A stretch of DNA of 64,000 bases from Candidatus Xiphinematobacter sp. Its GTDB lineage: Bacteria; Verrucomicrobiota; Verrucomicrobiia; Chthoniobacterales; Xiphinematobacteraceae. Positions within the stretch are counted from its first letter, which is position 1. Every line of letters begins with the position of its first letter. The DNA lies in NCBI GenBank assembly GCA_016766635.1, contig CP068473.1, positions 242,673 to 306,672 of the forward strand. The letters run 5' to 3'. The position numbers and the translations under genes were made by a program. Of the stretch, positions 29,082 through 39,066 are shown one piece after another. The notes under the pieces were generated by a model. That model did not search any database, had not been told where the DNA came from, and worked only from the letters and a program-made list of their open reading frames with translations.

Positions 29082-29438
29082 ATGGGTTCTTCAAGTTTTT
29101 TTACTACTACTGCAAACGAGTTAGCAGGATATCGAATAATCCACCAGTTGGGGATTATGCACAGTGCTACCATACGTTTCTCTATTGGATCTCAGAGATT
29201 TCTGGATTTCCTGAAGATAATAGCTGGGGGCCGCAAGACACTATACACCAAAGTCTGTGAAAGAGCTCGCCAAGAGGTCTTACATACGCTCATCACGCAA
29301 GCGTCTGAGCATGGGGCCAATGCACTCCTTGCTGTCCACTATGACAGCACCGAACTTTTACAGGGCGCCACTGAAGTCTTTGCCTATGGAACGGCCGTTA
29401 TTGTCGAACCGATAAATTCCCCCCCCTACTCAAATTAA
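29082..29438 (+). CDS. ybjQ: YbjQ/UPF0145 (DUF74) family protein
   Basis: 'TTTANELAGYRIIHQLGIM', 'CERARQEVLHTLITQASEHGANALLAVHYDS' and 'FAYGTAVIVEP' match the UPF0145 pattern. ATG at 29082. Confidence 0.8.
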   Translation: MGSSSFFTTTANELAGYRIIHQLGIMHSATIRFSIGSQRFLDFLKIIAGGRKTLYTKVCERARQEVLHTLITQASEHGANALLAVHYDSTELLQGATEVFAYGTAVIVEPINSPPYSN

Positions 29439-29479
29439 CTAGGGCATCTTGTGGGTATGTCTCCAGCCTATACCTGCTC

Positions 29480-30409
29480 CTATACCTTCTCCTGGACTCT
29501 CTTGCCTAGAATCCCTGTTGGGCGCAGCAACAGAATTAGAATAAGAATGCTAAATGCTACAGCATCTCGATAAGAAGAGATTGGAGACCCTCCAATTAGA
29601 CTTTCTACTACGCCTAAAAGGATCCCCCCTAAAGCCGCACCAGGCAAGCTCCCAATCCCTCCCAACACTGCTGCAACGAAGGCTTTCATACCTGGCAGAA
29701 TGCCCATGAGAGGGTCAATAGAATGGATATTCAAGGCGTAAAGGATTCCACCGGCACCAGCGAGCGCAGAGCCAGCAGCAAAGGTGAGAGAAATGATAAT
29801 ATTTGTGTTGATCCCCATAAGTGCAGCCGCTTCCTGGTTATGGGCTAATGCCCTCATGGCCAAGCCTAGTTTGGTGCGCAGCACCAACAGGCGTAACACT
29901 AAAAGTAATATTCCAGATACCCCAAGCGCTACTAAGTGGTTAGAAGCTACACTTAAACCAAATCCTAAGGGAATTCGAAAGGATGGAAGAAGGCTTGGGA
30001 ATGGCTTAACGCTGACACCAAAGAGAATTTGTCCACCATACTCCAACAAAAGAGACACACCAATTGAGGTAATTAGTACCGTAAGCCTTGGATGGCTCCT
30101 CAAGGGACGGTAGGCGAAAAACTCGATGGAGATCCCCAACAAGGCGCAAACCACCATCGTCAACATCAGCACAGCGATTCCAACTGGTATCAGTCCGCAA
30201 CCACCCAAAAAAGCGTGCACTCCCGGAGCTAAATAATAGCCTACGAAGGCCCCCACCATTAGAATGTCTCCGTGCGCGAAATTAATAAACCTCAGGACAC
30301 CGTACACCATGCTGTAGCCTAAAGCAATAAGTGCATAAATTGAGCCGAGTGAGAGTCCGTTGATTAGCTGTTGAGAGAATTCCATTTGTGAAGTAAGCCC
30401 TCTAGGCAA
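29480..30409 (-). CDS. livH: Branched-chain amino acid ABC transporter permease (LivH-type)
   Basis: 309-aa polytopic protein. 'LINGLSLGSIYALIALGYSMVYGVLRFINFAHGDILMVGAF' is the canonical LivH N-terminus. Confidence 0.85.
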   Translation of the reverse strand: MPRGLTSQMEFSQQLINGLSLGSIYALIALGYSMVYGVLRFINFAHGDILMVGAFVGYYLAPGVHAFLGGCGLIPVGIAVLMLTMVVCALLGISIEFFAYRPLRSHPRLTVLITSIGVSLLLEYGGQILFGVSVKPFPSLLPSFRIPLGFGLSVASNHLVALGVSGILLLVLRLLVLRTKLGLAMRALAHNQEAAALMGINTNIIISLTFAAGSALAGAGGILYALNIHSIDPLMGILPGMKAFVAAVLGGIGSLPGAALGGILLGVVESLIGGSPISSYRDAVAFSILILILLLRPTGILGKRVQEKV

Positions 30410-30770
30410 GTAAGCAGATTTCCTGCCCGTACACGAGAATTACTATGGCAGATCTTCTGGATTCCGGTTTCGTTGCACTGGAGCCCCCGATAGGGAGGGG
30501 GATTGTTGGGCTTAGATCTTAGTCCTTTCCAAAAGGCTTCCACTAGTGGTGGTATCGACCCTCTGAGGTAGTGTGCCTGAGTGGTAGGGACACAAACACA
30601 CGGGCCCATGGCCAGAAAAGAGGTAGGAAGATTACCATATCCCCCTCCTCATAATTTTCTAGCACATCAGAGCATCGTCTTGTGGCCTCTGATTTCTGGG
30701 AACCATATGTCTGCTCTATTAAATTTTCATAACCTTCCATAAGAGATAAGAGTGCACCTTACACTTTTTA

Positions 30771-32024
30771 CTAAAGATGGGTTTCTTTTTGGACGAACTC
30801 AAACCGCCCATGGCGAACACGTAGCAGTACCATGGCTTTAGCGGGATCACCATTTTTATTAAAAGTAATCCTACCGCTAACAGCCCTATAGTCCTTGGTC
30901 TCCGCAAGCGCATCGCGAATCGCATGCCGAAAGCGTTTCAACTTGCTGGGATCCTTCGGATTGAAATCTGGGCCGTCGGCCTTAACGCGCTCAATAGCAT
31001 TCACCATTAATTTAAGCGCATCAAAGCCTGTTACAGCAAGAGCTACGGGCACAGCATGTGGGCCGTACTTACGCTGATAGCTCCGGACGAAGGATTGTAC
31101 AGTAGGATCGGGATCATCAGCAGAAAAGCTATTTGTGAAGATCGCTCCTTCAGCTGCTTTGCCCGCCACGTTGACAAGAACTGGAGAGTCCCAGGAGTCC
31201 CCACCAAATGTGGGAAGGTTTAGTCCCAAAGACCGCGCCTGTTTCATAATAGTTGCACACTCCGTATAAACTCCAGGGAGAAAAAGACAGTCAGCACCAG
31301 AGTTCTTGATAGCAGTAACCTGAGCCTGAAAGTCCTTGTCATGAGCATTGTAACTTTGCTTTTCGACGACGCTACCGCCTAATGCAGTGAACTGTCTCTT
31401 GAAACTGTCAGCTATGGTGGCACTATTATCCCTGCTAGAATCCACGAGGAGTGCAGCCCTCCTTTTTCCTAAAAGGTACACATATCGCGCCAGTACCCCA
31501 CCCTGCTGACTATCACGATAACTTACGCGAAAAACATAGCTCCCAATTTTCGTCACCCTGTCATTGGAGGCGGAGTTGGCAAGCAAAGGGACATGATATC
31601 TCTGAGCAATAGGTGCTGCCTCCAAGGTACGCCCTGAGGAGACCTCTCCAATGAGAGCTACCGCATGGTAGCGACTAATGAGTTCCCTAGCAATAGCTGA
31701 AGTTTCCCCTGGTTTGGATTGATTATCACGCACGATGATCTCAAGGGGACGCCTTAGAGAATTTTTCTTTCCCAATTTCACCAATACCCCCCCCTGGGCG
31801 TTAATTTCGTTCATAGCCATCTCGATTCCCTTCATCACACTCCGGCCAAAACTAGCTTCTGTTCCAGTAAGCGACTGAAATACCCCAATGCGAATTGGTC
31901 CCCGCATGTCGTTGCCAATGTGTTCACCTCCCCTTCTCTGAAGAGCCTGGAAGAAAAGTACTGAAAGGGCAAGGACGGAGGACAATGCAAGAGCCAAGCT
32001 CTTTGGAGAAATCATCTGAGACAT
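30771..32024 (-). CDS. ABC transporter substrate-binding protein, Leu/Ile/Val-binding (LivK/LivJ) family
   Basis: Signal peptide, then 'IRIGVFQSLTGTEASFGRSVMKGIEMAMNEINAQGGV' and 'VALIGEVSSGRT', a type-1 periplasmic binding fold. Confidence 0.85.
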   Translation of the reverse strand: MSQMISPKSLALALSSVLALSVLFFQALQRRGGEHIGNDMRGPIRIGVFQSLTGTEASFGRSVMKGIEMAMNEINAQGGVLVKLGKKNSLRRPLEIIVRDNQSKPGETSAIARELISRYHAVALIGEVSSGRTLEAAPIAQRYHVPLLANSASNDRVTKIGSYVFRVSYRDSQQGGVLARYVYLLGKRRAALLVDSSRDNSATIADSFKRQFTALGGSVVEKQSYNAHDKDFQAQVTAIKNSGADCLFLPGVYTECATIMKQARSLGLNLPTFGGDSWDSPVLVNVAGKAAEGAIFTNSFSADDPDPTVQSFVRSYQRKYGPHAVPVALAVTGFDALKLMVNAIERVKADGPDFNPKDPSKLKRFRHAIRDALAETKDYRAVSGRITFNKNGDPAKAMVLLRVRHGRFEFVQKETHL

Positions 32025-32675
32025 GGGAACGAAAGGACAGAATGTTACGTCAGGGTAACTTCACACGCAAAGCAGGTGCCCCTGCCTTGGGAATTCACAT
32101 TAACCTCTTGGCAAAAGAGAAGCACAGCCCCCCCTCTTTTTTATAGGACAAGACCCCTCCTATGGAGGACTACCATTTGTTGGAGTCACAGGCTCGCGAA
32201 AATCGCTCCCACTTGCCAAGTAAAAAAATGCTGCTTTCACGAAAAAGCAGGATGAAGGATGTTTTTTGCTTCTTCTACTCGTAATTTCTCGTTAGGCTAC
32301 TCCTTGTCTCTCTGAGTGTTGTTCTGTTCGAGGGCTTGTTGGTGCGGTCGGCGGCTTCCTCGTTATGTTTATGACTCGGATAGGTGCTGTCTGGGATTGC
32401 CTTGTCTCAAAGAATTGAGAGGGTTTTTATGTGCCCGGGCCGGTTGTATTGGTTGTATGGTGGGAAGGTAGGTGTGCACCCGTTCTATCGTTCTATACTA
32501 AGTTGGTCCGCTTTTCTCCCTCGCGAGGGGCTAGATTTGGGCTGGCCCTCTATAGAAAGGCAGCGGCTGCGCGGTTAGCCTCCTATTCTCTCCCGATCGT
32601 CGGGTCTTGCTTTCCATTGTTACCCAAAAGCAATCTTAGTCTATAGCCCTAGCTGGGCTAGAGTTTTTTTCTTTC

Positions 32676-33452
32676 ATGTCCACCATTGCCTTGCTCTGTA
32701 CTGACTTTGACGGCACCCTGATTGATCCATTTTTTCAAGGGCAGTGCACAGAGGAATTCTTGAGCAGACTTTTTTGTCATCAACAAGATGGAGGAACTTG
32801 GGTGATCAATACTGGCCGCTCCTTTACGTACACTTTAGAGGGACTCAGCAAGTTTCGGTCTCCTGTATCTCCCGAGTATATCATCTCACTCGAACGAGAA
32901 ATCTATCGTCGGATTCCCTCCGGGGAGTGGAAGTACTTCAGTGAGTGGACAGAAGCAGGGCGCGCCCAACATAAAGAGCTTATGCTTCAATGTCGAGAAT
33001 CACTGCAAGAAATTTATAAACAAGCACTTCGATATCATGGGGTGACAATCGTACGTGAACAGGAGGCTTTTATCGGTCTCATTATCCCTGAAGAAAAAAC
33101 CATGCGCCGGTTCATCCTGGAATTGGAGGATATTTGTAGACACTTCCCAAAGTTCTCTTTTCAGAGAAATACTATTTACCTGCGTTTCAGCCATGCTGAC
33201 TACCATAAGGGCTCTACATTGGTAGAGCTCTGCAGACTTATTAACCTCTCTCGGGAGGCTGTTCTTGCTATTGGGGATAGTTACAATGACCTTCCCATGT
33301 TGGGCGGAGAAACGGCGTCCATGTGTGCTTGCCCTGCAAATGCCGTCGCTGCAGTGAAGCAAGCCGTTGCGCACGCAGGCGGATTTGTTGCCTCCAGGAC
33401 TTTTGCTTCTGGGGTGGTGGAAGCCATGGACCACTTTCGCAGTCGAGAATAG
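32676..33452 (+). CDS. HAD-superfamily hydrolase, subfamily IIB (Cof/sugar-phosphate phosphatase-like)
   Basis: Motif I 'LLCTDFDGTLIDP', motif II 'VINTGRS', motif IV 'AIGDSYNDLPML'. Confidence 0.75.
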   Translation: MSTIALLCTDFDGTLIDPFFQGQCTEEFLSRLFCHQQDGGTWVINTGRSFTYTLEGLSKFRSPVSPEYIISLEREIYRRIPSGEWKYFSEWTEAGRAQHKELMLQCRESLQEIYKQALRYHGVTIVREQEAFIGLIIPEEKTMRRFILELEDICRHFPKFSFQRNTIYLRFSHADYHKGSTLVELCRLINLSREAVLAIGDSYNDLPMLGGETASMCACPANAVAAVKQAVAHAGGFVASRTFASGVVEAMDHFRSRE

Positions 33453-33831
33453 ACTCTCGCCGCCACCTAGGTCAAATCTCTGGGGTATTCTCACCTCGAG
33501 AACGGGGAGGCGCCACGTTTTGCTTGCCGACAGCGGAAGCCTCTTGGCAAAGAAAAGCCCTTTACGTTGCCGGAAAAAGTACAGCAGGCACTTTTGTGGG
33601 TTACACAATCCAAAGCAACAAGCTTTGTCACAAAGTAGTCGTTGACGGTGGAGAATTGCAAGCCTACTACCGTAGAAACAAAAAAAGCAGCAGCAAACTG
33701 CTCCCTAACTGTCACAAACCGCGTGGTGCTCTCCGAGACGAGGAAGGGAACTCCCCAAGAGCCAGCAGGTTTACGAGCAGAAACGCTGTTCATTCCTCAC
33801 TCCCATCCAAACGTATAGGCAAAACGTTTGT

Positions 33832-34932
33832 ATGTACCCCTTTCTAAGGAAACTGCTAGGACTTAACTGGCTTCTGCTGGCTCTCACGTTGGGGTTGGGA
33901 GTCTACGGCATTTACTCTATTTATAGTGCAACTTGGATGCGAGACCTACGCTTCTATGATTTGCAAATCGTATGGTTTCTACTCTCCCTACCCGTTTTCC
34001 TCACGTTGGCTCTCCTAGATTACCACTGGCTCAGATGGTGTGGACCCCTACTCTACCTCTTAGGAATTGGCAGTTTGGCGATCACATACTCAAGCGCTAA
34101 GGTTATCTACGGCAGTAGTCGTTGGCTGAGTCTTGGTTTTTTTAGCTTCCAACCTTCAAACCTGGCGGTTGTAACTGGCATCGCCATGTTGGCCGTCTTT
34201 TTGCATCGATCACATCGACTACATCCACTTTTTCGCATTACAGTTAGCCTAGTTCTTGTAGGAATTCCTGCAGCTCTGGTACTTCTGCAGCCAGATTTGG
34301 GGTCTTCTTTGGTGTGGGGATTCACCCTAATGGGAATGCTTTTTGCAGCCGGCATTCCCAAGCGCTACTTAATCACTATGCTACTAGTTGCGGTGGCAGC
34401 TGTGCCGGTGGTGGTATATTTTGGCCTCAAGCCTTACCAGCGAGAGCGAATCACGACTTTTTTGAACCCTGATGTTGATCCATTGAATGCCTCCTACAAT
34501 ATCAACCAATCCTTGAATGCCATTGGTTCTGGTGGCTTTTATGGGAAAGGATTCAAGGCTGAAAATACTCTAAACAGGCTTGGATATCTACCGAGAGCGG
34601 CTGTCCACAACGACTTCATCTTTAGCGTGATGGGAGAACAGCACGGCTTTTTGGGGGGATTGTGCCTGATCATTGCATATGCTCTCCTGCTGCTGACTGG
34701 GCTCTATATTGCTTCTCGAGCTGGTGATGATTTTGGATGTCTACTTGCTCTAGGTATCATAATGATGCTTTTCGCGCACATTTTTATGAACCTTGGCATG
34801 ACCGTCGCGGTTACACCCGTCACGGGTTTGCCACTACCATTCATGAGCTATGGGGGAACCTTCTTATTTACAGTAATGACTTCTCTAGCTTTCTTGCAGA
34901 GCATCTGGATTTACCGAAAAAGGCCACGATAA
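33832..34932 (+). CDS. rodA: SEDS-family peptidoglycan glycosyltransferase (RodA/FtsW)
   Basis: 366 aa, about 10 TM segments. 'LQPDLGSSLV', 'NPDVDPLNASYNINQSLNAIGSGGFYGKGF', 'HNDFIFSVMGEQHGFLG', 'TGLPLPFMSYGG'. Confidence 0.85.
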   Translation: MYPFLRKLLGLNWLLLALTLGLGVYGIYSIYSATWMRDLRFYDLQIVWFLLSLPVFLTLALLDYHWLRWCGPLLYLLGIGSLAITYSSAKVIYGSSRWLSLGFFSFQPSNLAVVTGIAMLAVFLHRSHRLHPLFRITVSLVLVGIPAALVLLQPDLGSSLVWGFTLMGMLFAAGIPKRYLITMLLVAVAAVPVVVYFGLKPYQRERITTFLNPDVDPLNASYNINQSLNAIGSGGFYGKGFKAENTLNRLGYLPRAAVHNDFIFSVMGEQHGFLGGLCLIIAYALLLLTGLYIASRAGDDFGCLLALGIIMMLFAHIFMNLGMTVAVTPVTGLPLPFMSYGGTFLFTVMTSLAFLQSIWIYRKRPR

Positions 34933-35010
34933 ACTCATGCAAGAAAGCTCCAGGTAGGATTTCAAGCAGCAGGGCCACATAAAAAGGGTGGAACCCAAGC
35001 ATATAATCTC

Positions 35011-35487
35011 CTACATACCACGGCCTTGAGCAGCCGCTTCCCGCTCCACTTCGCGTCGTACAGCCCTTTTCTTCAAGACTTCTCGCTTGTCGTAAGAGGT
35101 TTGTCCTTTTCCAAGGGCCAGTTCTACCTTGACTCGTGCATTCTTCCAGTAGCAGCGCAACGGTACCAAGGAACAGCCCTTCCTTAATACCTTGCCGAGG
35201 AGCTTATTGATCTCACGCCTATGAAGGAGGAGCTTGCGTCTACGCCTAGCCTCGTGCTGCTGCTCACGGCAAGCCCGTTCGTACGGCTGAATATAGAGGT
35301 CGTACAAAAACACCTCCCCCCCATCCACCTTCGCATAGGCAGCCTGAAGGTTCATCGAATTCTCGCGGATGGATCTTACTTCCGCACCCTGAAGGGCTAT
35401 CCCAGCCTCCATCTTATCTAGGACTGCGAAGTTTCGCAAAACTTTGCGGTTGCTAACGATCTCTTCGACATGGAATCGCGTGAACAC
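35011..35487 (-). CDS. smpB: SsrA-binding protein SmpB
   Basis: 'NRKVLRNFAVLDKMEAGIALQGAEVRSIR', 'LYDLYIQPYE' and 'RRRKLLLHRREINKL' are typical SmpB blocks. GTG start. Confidence 0.9.
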   Translation of the reverse strand: MFTRFHVEEIVSNRKVLRNFAVLDKMEAGIALQGAEVRSIRENSMNLQAAYAKVDGGEVFLYDLYIQPYERACREQQHEARRRRKLLLHRREINKLLGKVLRKGCSLVPLRCYWKNARVKVELALGKGQTSYDKREVLKKRAVRREVEREAAAQGRGM

Positions 35488-35541
35488 TTTGGAAAAAACA
35501 GTGTCTCCACAAACAAATAGGCTAAGGTGGGCAAAACCCCC

Positions 35542-35760
35542 TTAACTCCTGACGGCGGGATTGACAGGACCCTGGGCCAGCCCCAACTTCCCAGCTGTTA
35601 CCTCAGAAAGAGCAATGTCAGACAGCCCCATACCAGGACACACCACCACCATGGGGCGACTACCAGCGCTCAACTGGCGCACACGCCTAGAAACCATGTT
35701 AATCAGGACCGGAACACTCCCTACCTGCTTAGAGGCCTCCTCAAGGATGTGGCTATTCAT
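35542..35760 (-). CDS. rpoZ: DNA-directed RNA polymerase subunit omega
   Basis: 72 aa. 'VLINMVSRRVRQLSAGSRPMV' and 'LSDIALSEVTAGKL' follow the omega pattern (Lv..a.kRarQL..g..p.v ... A..Ei..gki). Confidence 0.75.
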   Translation of the reverse strand: MNSHILEEASKQVGSVPVLINMVSRRVRQLSAGSRPMVVVCPGMGLSDIALSEVTAGKLGLAQGPVNPAVRS

Positions 35761-36274
35761 GATAGAGCTCCACCGCTAGCAAGATTTTTCCCACTTGTCA
35801 ACTTGTCAAAGCTAATAATTGGTTAGCAATAACCTATCGAGGATATAGGCGCCCTCATGCTCCATGTCCCAACTGGAACATTAATGCTTTTATCATTTAA
35901 GGGTGCAGCAAGTATGGCCTCACTTCTACCGTGCTCAGAAGGTATAAGCATACCATGTCCCTCCTCTAGCCAGAATTTTTCCCGCTCAGCTCACAATCTA
36001 CAATCCCTCTCTCGCCTCTGCTATAATGCTGATTGATAGTTAGGAAGTAGATTTGCCTAACCTAACTAAGTAGGCACCTAACACTAACTAACACTAACGT
36101 CATGTTCTCACTGGACTATCCTCCAGAAGGTCCTCCAGAAGGACTAGCACTTGTTCCACTTCTCCTACAAGAAGGGGTGTAGCCACTCTCCTCTCCCTAA
36201 ATTTAGCGAGAGCTTTGGAGTTCCTTCAGAAAAGGACTTGCCCTCTTCTCCACGATTTTTTTATCTTCCTCAGC

Positions 36275-37225
36275 ATGAGGGTATTGGTAACGGGAGGTGC
36301 TGGATTTATAGGCTCGCACCTGGTGTCTGCCCTGTCTAGAGAAGGGCACGCGGTGGTTGTTCTGGACAACTTTAATAGTTTCTACGCACCGAGTCTTAAG
36401 CTTGCAAATGTCTCTTCTTTCGCAAGGCAAGTTAAGGTGGTAGAAGGGGATGTTTGCTGCTCGGCTACCGTAGATGCACTCTTTGACCGTTGGTGTTTTG
36501 ATTCTGTGATTCATCTTGCAGCTTACGCTGGGGTGCGGTCCTCCATTCGGCACCAAACGCTCTACCTGAAAACGAACATTGGCGGTACATTGCAGCTTCT
36601 CAGGGCTGCGTCCAGGATGGGCGTCTCCAAGTTTTTGTTCGGCTCAAGTTCTTCTGTTTATGGTCCGAGAGAAAAGGTTCCCTTCTCTGAAGGGATGGCC
36701 CTTTCACGAACACTTAACCCCTACGCAGCTAGTAAACTTGCTGCTGAGCGGCTCTGTAGAGACTTTGCTCAGCTCTGGGGCATACGCGTGGTTTGTCTAC
36801 GATTTTTTACTGTATATGGACCAGCACAGCGCCCAGATCTTGCCATTCATAAGTTTACTCGATCCATCCTTAAGGAGGTTCCACTTCAAAAGTTTGGTGA
36901 CGGCACCACGCAACGTGACTACACTTACATTGACGATGTCGTTCAAGGTATTCTAAAGGCCCTGTACTATAATGAGGGAGGAACCTTTGAGGTTTTTAAC
37001 CTTGGAAAAAATAGTGCTACGACCCTCAATGAGCTTATAGCGACTATTGAAGAAGTCCTTGGGAAAAGAGCGGTTATTCGGACGCTCCCTGAACAAAATG
37101 GTGATATGCTTTACACGTGTGCAGATGTCTCAAAGGCATGTAGATTGCTTGGCTACCAACCGCAAGTTACCATCCCTATTGGGATCAAAAAATTCGTGAG
37201 TTGGTACTTAGAGAAGATGCGGTGA
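36275..37225 (+). CDS. NAD-dependent nucleotide-sugar epimerase/dehydratase (extended SDR; UDP-glucuronate/UDP-glucose 4-epimerase-like)
   Basis: 'MRVLVTGGAGFIGSHLV', catalytic 'YAASKLAAE' (YxxxK) and 'LRFFTVYGP'. ATG at 36275. Confidence 0.85.
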   Translation: MRVLVTGGAGFIGSHLVSALSREGHAVVVLDNFNSFYAPSLKLANVSSFARQVKVVEGDVCCSATVDALFDRWCFDSVIHLAAYAGVRSSIRHQTLYLKTNIGGTLQLLRAASRMGVSKFLFGSSSSVYGPREKVPFSEGMALSRTLNPYAASKLAAERLCRDFAQLWGIRVVCLRFFTVYGPAQRPDLAIHKFTRSILKEVPLQKFGDGTTQRDYTYIDDVVQGILKALYYNEGGTFEVFNLGKNSATTLNELIATIEEVLGKRAVIRTLPEQNGDMLYTCADVSKACRLLGYQPQVTIPIGIKKFVSWYLEKMR

Positions 37226-37303
37226 GGATTGCTCTTTTTGAGTTTCCGTCCTAACGAACTGGGGGGTTTTTTATCTCTCGGCGCCCGGGGGCGTTCTTTC
37301 TAT

Positions 37304-38821
37304 ATGAAACCACAACAGGCGATCTCTCCCACTCGCGAAGAAAACTTTGCAGGGTGGTACCAGCGGGTTATCCAAGTTGCTGGCTTGGCAGAAAACTCTG
37401 AAGTGCGTGGCTGCATGGTTATCAAACCGTGGGGATACGCACTCTGGGAAAATATACAAGCAGCACTCGATTGCATGCTAAAGGCAACCGGCCACCGAAA
37501 CGTTTACTTCCCCCTGTTTATTCCCCTCAGTCATCTCCAGAGGGAAGCTGGACATGTTGAGGGGTTTGCCAAGGAATGCGCAGTAGTCACTCATTGCCGT
37601 TTAGAAGCACATGATGGTGGCAAATTGATTCCCACTGCTCCTCTAAAAGAGCCGTTGGTAGTGCGTCCTACTTCAGAAACTATTATTGGATCTACTTTTG
37701 CTAGATGGATCCATTCTCACCGTGATCTTCCTATCCTCCTTAACCAATGGGCTAACGTAGTCCGATGGGAAATGCGGCCCCGTTTATTCCTGAGAACTAC
37801 TGAATTTCTTTGGCAAGAGGGCCATACAGCCCATGCGACAGAAGCTGAGGCAACTGAAGAGACTGAAAGTATGTTGCGCCTCTATGAAAATTTTACTAGA
37901 GACTACCTAGCCCTGCCTGTAGTTAGAGGAGAAAAGACAGCTTCCGAGCGCTTTCCTGGTGCTGTACGCACTTTCTGCATCGAGGCCATGGTCCAAGATC
38001 GCAGAGCTATCCAGGCTGGGACCTCCCATTTTTTTGGGCAGAACTTTTCTCGCGCTTCAGGTATTCGCTTTCAATCACGCTCCGGAGGGTTAGAATACGC
38101 CTGGACCACTAGTTGGGGGGTTAGCACGCGATTGATTGGGACTCTCATCATGGCACATAGTGATGATGATGGACTAGTTTTGCCCCCGCGTGTCGCGCCA
38201 ACGCAGGTAGTTGTCGTGCCTATTCTTTTCAAGGGAGAGATGCGTGCTCAAGTGCTCGCTCGTGCGGAGCTAGTTGCTACACAGCTCCGCAGGGGCTGTT
38301 TCTGCGATCAACCCATCCGTGTGGAACTTGATAACCGCGATTTGGGGAATGGGATAAAAAAGTGGGAATGGATCAAGAGGGGAGTCCCCATACGCCTCGA
38401 GTTGGGCTCGAGGGACCTAAAAACCGGCTCTGTCACTCTTTTCAGGAGAGACCTTTCTCCCGAGGAGAGATATCTCCTCCCAGCCGACCGAGCCGCAGAC
38501 GAAGTACCCCGCCTTCTTGCCAATATTCAAGCCAACTTACTGACTCGCGCCACAAATTTTTGTGGTGCACACACTCACCGTATCAATTCTGAAAGAGAGT
38601 TCTATCAATTTTTTACTCCTCGGAATGCTAGGAAGTCTGAAATTCACGGAGGATTCGCTCTGGCACATTGGAGCGACTCCTCGAACATTGAGGAGAAACT
38701 TAAAGTAGATCTTAAGGTCTCCATCCGCTGTATCCCTTCCGATACCCTCAAAGAACCGGGGCAATGCATCTTTACTGGTAAACCGAGTGCTCAACGGGCT
38801 CTCTTTGCCAGGTCCTACTGA
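37304..38821 (+). CDS. proS: Proline--tRNA ligase, archaeal/eukaryote-like type
   Basis: 'FAGWYQRVIQVAGLAENSEVRGCMVIKPWGYALWENIQ', class-II motif 2 region 'RPTSETIIG...NQWANVVRWE' and 'QAGTSHFFGQNFS'. It ends in the C-terminal Tyr ('...FARSY') characteristic of this ProRS type and has no INS editing domain. Confidence 0.9.
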   Translation: MKPQQAISPTREENFAGWYQRVIQVAGLAENSEVRGCMVIKPWGYALWENIQAALDCMLKATGHRNVYFPLFIPLSHLQREAGHVEGFAKECAVVTHCRLEAHDGGKLIPTAPLKEPLVVRPTSETIIGSTFARWIHSHRDLPILLNQWANVVRWEMRPRLFLRTTEFLWQEGHTAHATEAEATEETESMLRLYENFTRDYLALPVVRGEKTASERFPGAVRTFCIEAMVQDRRAIQAGTSHFFGQNFSRASGIRFQSRSGGLEYAWTTSWGVSTRLIGTLIMAHSDDDGLVLPPRVAPTQVVVVPILFKGEMRAQVLARAELVATQLRRGCFCDQPIRVELDNRDLGNGIKKWEWIKRGVPIRLELGSRDLKTGSVTLFRRDLSPEERYLLPADRAADEVPRLLANIQANLLTRATNFCGAHTHRINSEREFYQFFTPRNARKSEIHGGFALAHWSDSSNIEEKLKVDLKVSIRCIPSDTLKEPGQCIFTGKPSAQRALFARSY

Positions 38822-39066
38822 GGCATTGGTGATTCTATTTGTCAAGCGGTACATTTCCCACCAGGGAATGACACACCAGAATCTTCTGGTAACTAAAGGG
38901 GTGCATGTCTAAAAGTAAGTGAAAGCCAAACAACACCCCCGATTGAAATCACAGATCCTAGTCCTGGGCAACCTATCCTCCACCATACTATGAAGCCATT
39001 TCGGACGATGTTAGTTCCGTTCGGTGGGCTGGTACGTCACGCTCCGTACCCGGTGCTCCGCTCACG

